Origin: Crocosphaera subtropica ATCC 51142
GTDB taxonomy: Bacteria > Cyanobacteriota > Cyanobacteriia > Cyanobacteriales > Microcystaceae
Assembly: GCF_000017845.1 (NCBI RefSeq)
Contig: NC_010546.1
Span: 3,300,001 to 3,332,000 of the forward strand
DNA: 32,000 nucleotides
Direction: 5' to 3'
The position numbers and the translations under genes are program-made. The notes below the pieces were generated by a model. That model worked only from the letters and a program-made list of their open reading frames with translations. It had not been told where the DNA came from and did no database searches. This document shows, one piece after another, positions 27,503 to 32,000 of this stretch (the stretch's first letter is position 1; the number at the start of each line of letters is the position of its first letter).

Positions 27503-28330
27503 ATGAACACAAACGTTAGAACTAAAAATCCTAATCCTGGAAAAGCTTTTGAGCTACTAGGAGAAATTCACAATCATTTACATAATAAAGTAATTGGTCA
27601 CGAATTATCTCAAATTGCTAGACATACAAAAGACAAAGAAATAAGAGAAATTTGTAAACAAGCAGCTAATTGCTTAGAAATTAGAATTAATACCGATTTT
27701 CATCGTATTGACTATGAACAATGTAAAAAATCTTTGACTACTTTAGTTCGCCATTTAAAACAGGCAAAAGAAAAATTTGATAAAGTAGTAGAGTTGGTTC
27801 CTGACTTAAATCAAAAATGGATAGAAAAACCCTTTAGAGAAACTCAACTGTTGTTATTAGATATTTCCAACTACCTAACACTTTTAGATCGAGAACATGA
27901 TATCTATGATCAAAATGATACAGTAGTAAAAATTGGTGATCTGGTTGCTGTAAATTGTACTGATGAAAATAACAAACCCTATAAGCATTATGGTATTGTA
28001 GTTTCTAGTAGTCGAGGATTTAGGGTTGCTCATTTCTTCACTGGAGAAACTGTAAAAGCACAAAATAGTATCGTTGAAAAAGGGTTTGGATATATTCATG
28101 AAGTTCGTTATTCATCAGATTGGTTAGTTCAAGAACATTTACCTAAATCTATTCCTTACAGCGATGTTGAAGACAGAATAAAAGCCTCCAGAAAAATTGA
28201 GCGAAGAGTGTGGAATAAAGTTAGTTATAATTGTGAACATTGGGCAAGAGAAATGTTTACAGGTCAAGCTGAATGTACACAGCTTAAACAATTAAAAGAA
28301 GAACGGAGAAATAACAGAAATAAATCCTAG
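27503..28330 (+). CDS. uncharacterised protein with a C-terminal LRAT/PLAAT-like (NlpC/P60 superfamily) domain
   Basis: GDLVAV...YKHYGIVV (His162), FRVAHF (His177) and SYNCEHWAREMFTGQAECTQ (Cys244) match the His-His-Cys triad and the NCEH box of LRAT/H-rev107-type acyltransferases/phospholipases. The N-terminal ~135 aa are helical with no motif I recognise. Confidence 0.7.
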   Translation: MNTNVRTKNPNPGKAFELLGEIHNHLHNKVIGHELSQIARHTKDKEIREICKQAANCLEIRINTDFHRIDYEQCKKSLTTLVRHLKQAKEKFDKVVELVPDLNQKWIEKPFRETQLLLLDISNYLTLLDREHDIYDQNDTVVKIGDLVAVNCTDENNKPYKHYGIVVSSSRGFRVAHFFTGETVKAQNSIVEKGFGYIHEVRYSSDWLVQEHLPKSIPYSDVEDRIKASRKIERRVWNKVSYNCEHWAREMFTGQAECTQLKQLKEERRNNRNKS

Positions 28331-28352
28331 GGTGGCATTGCCCACCTTACAA
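28328..28352 (+). repeat. 25-nt GC-hairpin element TAGGGTGGCATTGCCCACCTTACAA (copy 1)
   Basis: It starts at the stop codon of the LRAT-like gene. It is near-identical to the reverse complement of 29359-29384. Confidence 0.8.
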
Positions 28353-28497
28353 TTAAGTATAATAAAAGTTCTGTTATATTTTTGTAGGGATATAATATCA
28401 TTATGCCCACAATTTTATGTGTTGTTTATCAGGGGTTAAATATGATTGATATTTAATGGTATTTATCTTTGATGATGTTGGGTTTAACGGTATGGTG

Positions 28498-28514
28498 AGT
28501 TTAACAGTGTTAAA
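28498..28514. promoter_or_regulatory. palindrome GTTTAAC-AGT-GTTAAAC (candidate operator/-35 region of the UPF0175-DUF3368 cassette)
   Basis: Perfect 7-bp arms. A third GTTTAAC lies at 28481-28487. Tandem TATAAT hexamers at 28532-28543 begin 17 nt downstream, and the ATG is at 28583. Confidence 0.3.
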
Positions 28515-28582
28515 CTCCTACGGGATATATTGTATAATTATAATGATCAGATTCTTTATTTTCTATTACATTTTAAACTATC

Positions 28583-28849
28583 ATGCAAATTACAATTGAA
28601 ATTCCAGATAAACTAAATGCTAAACTGCAAGAGAAATGGGGTAATTTATCAGAAAAACTTTTAATTAACTTGCTATTAGAAGCTTATCAAAATCAATTAA
28701 TTAGTACAGCAGAACTCGGAGAATTATTAAATCTTTCTTCCCGTTTAGAAGTTCACGAATTTCTCAAAAATGCAGGAATTTATCTTAATTATGATCAAGA
28801 AGAACTCGAAAAAGATTTAGACATCCTTGAACAATTAAAACATCAATGA
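28583..28849 (+). CDS. UPF0175 family protein (putative antitoxin)
   Basis: 88 aa. LLINLLLEAYQNQLISTAELGELLNLSSRLEVHEFLKNAGI is typical of UPF0175. Its stop overlaps the downstream ATG (ATGA at 28846-28849). Confidence 0.75.
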   Translation: MQITIEIPDKLNAKLQEKWGNLSEKLLINLLLEAYQNQLISTAELGELLNLSSRLEVHEFLKNAGIYLNYDQEELEKDLDILEQLKHQ

Positions 28850-29325
28850 TTATTATTTCAGATACTTCTCCATTGTGTTATTTAATTTTGATTGATTGTA
28901 TTGATATTTTACCTCAACTTTATGGTAATGTAATTATTACCGAAGCAGTTTATCAAGAACTGCAAGCAGAAGCAACACCAGAAATTGTAAAAAAATGGAT
29001 AAAGAATCCTCCTAATTGGTTAATTATTGAAACCATAAATGATCTCTCTGATACAGAACTCGATAAACTAGATCAAGGAGAAAAAGAAGCTATAATTTTA
29101 GCAGAAGAAATAAAAGCAGATTTAGTAATTTTAGATGATAAAATTGCTCGAAATATTGCAAATAAAAGAGGTCTAAAAATCATTGGTTTATTGGGAATTC
29201 TTGGTAATGCAGCACAAAATAATTTAATTGATTTGTCTACTAAAATTACTGAATTACAACAAACAAGTTTTTTCATTTCACCTAAATTATTAAATCTAGT
29301 GCGTAAAAAATTTAATTTAGAATAA
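28846..29325 (+). CDS. DUF3368 family PIN-like nucleic-acid-binding protein (putative toxin)
   Basis: MIIISDTSPLCYL...GEKEAIILAEE..ADLVILDDKIARNIA...GLKIIGLLGIL shows the acidic PIN-like residues and the DUF3368 layout. It is translationally coupled to the UPF0175 gene. Confidence 0.75.
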   Translation: MIIISDTSPLCYLILIDCIDILPQLYGNVIITEAVYQELQAEATPEIVKKWIKNPPNWLIIETINDLSDTELDKLDQGEKEAIILAEEIKADLVILDDKIARNIANKRGLKIIGLLGILGNAAQNNLIDLSTKITELQQTSFFISPKLLNLVRKKFNLE

Positions 29326-29358
29326 TGAATAACACAGATAAATTAATGAATAATTAAC

Positions 29359-29384
29359 TTGTAAGGTGGGCAATACCCACCCTA
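29359..29384 (-). repeat. 26-nt GC-hairpin element (copy 2, inverted): reverse complement TAGGGTGGGTATTGCCCACCTTACAA
   Basis: It lies 3 nt past the clpB stop codon on the minus strand. The GGTGGG/CCCACC stem is 6 bp. Confidence 0.8.
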
Positions 29385-29387
29385 CGA

Positions 29388-32000
29388 TTAAGAAACGACT
29401 TCAACCTCAACACTGGGAACTTCTTCATTATCTTGCTTCTTATCAAACAGTAATTTATTATCTTTACAATCAATAAAAATCGTATCCCCAGAATCAAAGG
29501 TTAATTCTAATATTTTGGTAGCAATAGGATTTTCTAATTCCCGTTGAATTGCCCGTTTTAAAGGTCTAGCACCATACACAGGATCATAACCAGAATTGAC
29601 GATATAATCAAGGGCAGCATCGCTCAATTCTATGTTAATATTTTGCTCTTTTAGTAACCGTTCAATGCGCTTAAGTTGCAGGGTAACAATACGTCTGAGT
29701 TGTTGTTTCTTGAGGGTATGGAAGATAATTAAATCATCAATACGATTCAAAAATTCAGGGCGAAAATGCTTCCGCAATGCTTGTAAAACTTTCTTACGCA
29801 TAGCCTCATAATTATCATCATCCCCTGCTAAATTTAAAATATATTCGCTACCAATATTACTGGTCATGACGATGATAGCGTTGCGGAAATCGACGACACG
29901 ACCCTGAGAATCGGTAATCCGTCCATCGTCAAGCACTTGTAATAAAATGTTAAAAACGTCAACGTGTGCCTTTTCTACTTCATCTAAAAGCACAACGGAA
30001 TAGGGACGACGGCGTACTGCTTCGGATAACTGTCCCCCTTGATCGTAACCCACATATCCAGGAGGCGCACCAATTAACCGAGAAACGGCGTGTTTTTCCA
30101 TGTATTCGGACATATCAATGCGAATCATGGCATCTTGAGAGTCAAAGAGAAAGGCAGCTAATGCTCTCGCTAATTCTGTCTTTCCTACACCAGTAGGTCC
30201 CATGAATAAAAAGGAACCAATGGGACGAGAGGGGTCTTTCATTCCGGCCCGGGCGCGACGAATAGCTGCGGCAACGGCGGCAACCGCCTCCTCTTGGCCG
30301 ATAACTTGTTGATGTAAATGTCCTTCTAATTCTAATAATTTTTGCCGTTCTGACCCTAATAAACGGTTAACAGGAATACCCGACCATCCTGCTACAATTT
30401 CGGCGATATCGGAGTCGGTAACTTGTTCTCTTAAGAGGGTTTCTCCTTGGGATTGTATTTCAATTAATTTTGTTTCTTTGGCTTCTAAATCCCTTTGTAA
30501 TCCTTCTAATCTACCATACTTTAATTGAGCTGCTTTATTAAGATCATAAGCTCGTTCTGCTTGTTCAATTTGTACTCTTAACTGTTCTTCTTCTTCTTTT
30601 AAAGCATTGATTTCTTCTAGCATCTGTTTTTCAGATTGCCATTGTTGACCTAAAGTTTCATGAATCTCTTCTAATTCTTTAATTTCTTGTTCTATTTTTT
30701 GTAACCGTTCTTTTGAGGCTTTATCAACCATTATTCCGGTTCTGGTTTCTTCTCCTTCTAAGGAAAGTTTTTCCATTTGTAGCTGCATCAAACGACGATC
30801 TACGTCTTCTAATTCGACCGGCTTAGACGTAATTTCCATCTTCAATTTTGCAGCAGCTTCGTCTACAAGATCGATCGCTTTATCGGGTAAAAATCTATCA
30901 GTGATATAACGATGGGACAAAGTGGCCGCAGCGACTAACGCAGAGTCGGTTATTTTCACCCCGTGATGCACTTCATAGCGTTCTTTGAGTCCTCGTAGAA
31001 TAGAAATGGTATCTTCGACCGTAGGCTGTTTGACATAAACCTGCTGAAAACGCCGTTCTAAGGCGGGATCTTTCTCAATATGCTTGCGGTACTCATCGAG
31101 GGTGGTTGCACCGATACAGCGCAATTCTCCCCGTGCTAACATGGGTTTTAAGAGGTTTCCTGCATCCATCGAACTACCTTCCCGTGACCCAGTTCCTACT
31201 ACGGTATGGAGTTCATCGATAAATAGGATAATGTGACCATCGGAGTTGGTAACTTCTCGCATGACAGTTCGTAGGCGTTCTTCAAACTCTCCCCGATATT
31301 TTGCGCCTGCCACTAAGCTACCCATATCTAAGGAAATTAATTGACGATTTTTGAGAGATTCTGGCACATCTCCGTTAATTATGCGTTGTGCCAATCCTTC
31401 GGCGATCGCTGTTTTCCCTACACCGGGTTCCCCTATTAAAACGGGATTATTCTTAGAACGACGGGATAAAACTTGAATAATGCGTCTTATCTCTTCATCT
31501 CTACCAATAACGGGATCTAACTTACCTTCTCTTGCTGCTTCCGTGAGATCCCGACCATATTTGTCCAATGCTTCGTAACGATCTTCTTGATCTTGTTCGG
31601 TAACTTTTTGGCTTCCTCTAACTGATTTTATGGCCTGTTCTAAGTCTTGAGGATCAAGGTTAAAACTGCGTAAACAACGCCGTCCAATGCGTTCATCTTC
31701 TGCAAACCCCACCCATAAATGTTCTACCGAAATAAACTTATCATCCCAACTTTCACGGGAAGCTTCAGCCCGATCCAGTAATACATCTAAACTACGGCCT
31801 AAGTATAGTTGATCGACGGTGACAAATTTCGCTTGTCGGTTGGTAAAGGTTTCAACCTGTTGCAGCAACCGAGGGATATCAATATCTGCACGTTCTAAAA
31901 TCCGCAAAGTTAAGCCTTTTTCTTGTTCTAGAAGGGCTAAGATGACGTGTTCAACTTCTAAATTTTGATTTTTGAAGCGTCGGGCGACTTCTTGCGATTT
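29388..32000 (-). CDS. clpB: ATP-dependent chaperone ClpB (N-terminus outside window)
   Basis: Two AAA+ modules are present ([13 protein letters not shown]; [14 protein letters not shown]). They are separated by a long coiled-coil M-domain, and the C-terminal D2-small domain is present. The frame stays open to nt 32000 (..[36 protein letters not shown]..). The track's 'M' at 31907 is an internal TTG. Confidence 0.9.
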   Translation of the reverse strand, partial: KSQEVARRFKNQNLEVEHVILALLEQEKGLTLRILERADIDIPRLLQQVETFTNRQAKFVTVDQLYLGRSLDVLLDRAEASRESWDDKFISVEHLWVGFAEDERIGRRCLRSFNLDPQDLEQAIKSVRGSQKVTEQDQEDRYEALDKYGRDLTEAAREGKLDPVIGRDEEIRRIIQVLSRRSKNNPVLIGEPGVGKTAIAEGLAQRIINGDVPESLKNRQLISLDMGSLVAGAKYRGEFEERLRTVMREVTNSDGHIILFIDELHTVVGTGSREGSSMDAGNLLKPMLARGELRCIGATTLDEYRKHIEKDPALERRFQQVYVKQPTVEDTISILRGLKERYEVHHGVKITDSALVAAATLSHRYITDRFLPDKAIDLVDEAAAKLKMEITSKPVELEDVDRRLMQLQMEKLSLEGEETRTGIMVDKASKERLQKIEQEIKELEEIHETLGQQWQSEKQMLEEINALKEEEEQLRVQIEQAERAYDLNKAAQLKYGRLEGLQRDLEAKETKLIEIQSQGETLLREQVTDSDIAEIVAGWSGIPVNRLLGSERQKLLELEGHLHQQVIGQEEAVAAVAAAIRRARAGMKDPSRPIGSFLFMGPTGVGKTELARALAAFLFDSQDAMIRIDMSEYMEKHAVSRLIGAPPGYVGYDQGGQLSEAVRRRPYSVVLLDEVEKAHVDVFNILLQVLDDGRITDSQGRVVDFRNAIIVMTSNIGSEYILNLAGDDDNYEAMRKKVLQALRKHFRPEFLNRIDDLIIFHTLKKQQLRRIVTLQLKRIERLLKEQNINIELSDAALDYIVNSGYDPVYGARPLKRAIQRELENPIATKILELTFDSGDTIFIDCKDNKLLFDKKQDNEEVPSVEVEVVS

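Noticed and set aside
27316-27510. 64-aa minus-strand track ORF upstream of the LRAT-like gene.
   Set aside because: Its product is Leu/Ser/Cys-rich and it would run head-on into the LRAT gene start. The plus-strand 56-codon ORF (27323-27493) has a Shine-Dalgarno-like site, a hydrophilic protein-like sequence and operon-like spacing, so I favour that one. Neither is proven.

Overview
This is a cyanobacterial chromosomal segment. Evidence: phycobilisome genes (cpcG, a cpcS-type lyase, a CpcD-like linker domain), at least 12 perfect HIP1 octamers (GCGATCGC), heptamer tandem repeats, and many cyanobacteria-restricted small protein families. No similarity search was possible, so all family names come from motifs read in the translations. 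Housekeeping genes: nucleoside hydrolase, an atypical OmpR-type response regulator in an apparent operon with LptC-like and DUF192 proteins, ChrA, a glycogen debranching enzyme, an M16 peptidase, hemF, icd, dtd, a GuaB3-type IMPDH-related protein, and clpB (partial). Two accessory patches stand out. (1) 11.5-14.8 kb holds an m5C methyltransferase plus restriction endonuclease operon. The endonuclease gene is cleanly split by a 1141-bp IS630-family element with a TA target duplication, and removing the element in silico restores a 355-codon frame. The IS transposase itself carries an in-frame TAA and needs a -1 shift on an A9 run. (2) 25.2-29.4 kb is an islet of small two-gene modules between a DUF3370-like gene and clpB. 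It contains a Uma2 nuclease, a DUF6888/DUF6887-like coupled pair, a DUF433/DUF5615 pair with a frameshifted toxin, a UPF0175/DUF3368(PIN) pair, and an uncharacterised cassette. That cassette is a 56-codon ORF missing from the ORF track followed by a 275-aa protein with an LRAT/PLAAT-type (NlpC/P60) His-His-Cys domain. It is my best candidate for an undescribed toxin or defence module. Other oddities are a PEP-CTERM gene with a TAG in the loop of a perfect 25-nt palindrome, a response regulator whose phospho-acceptor Asp is replaced by Asn, and a flavoprotein disulfide reductase homologue with degenerate cofactor motifs. A 25/26-nt hairpin element also occurs in inverted copies bracketing one TA cassette. 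I saw no rRNA, tRNA or CRISPR array.
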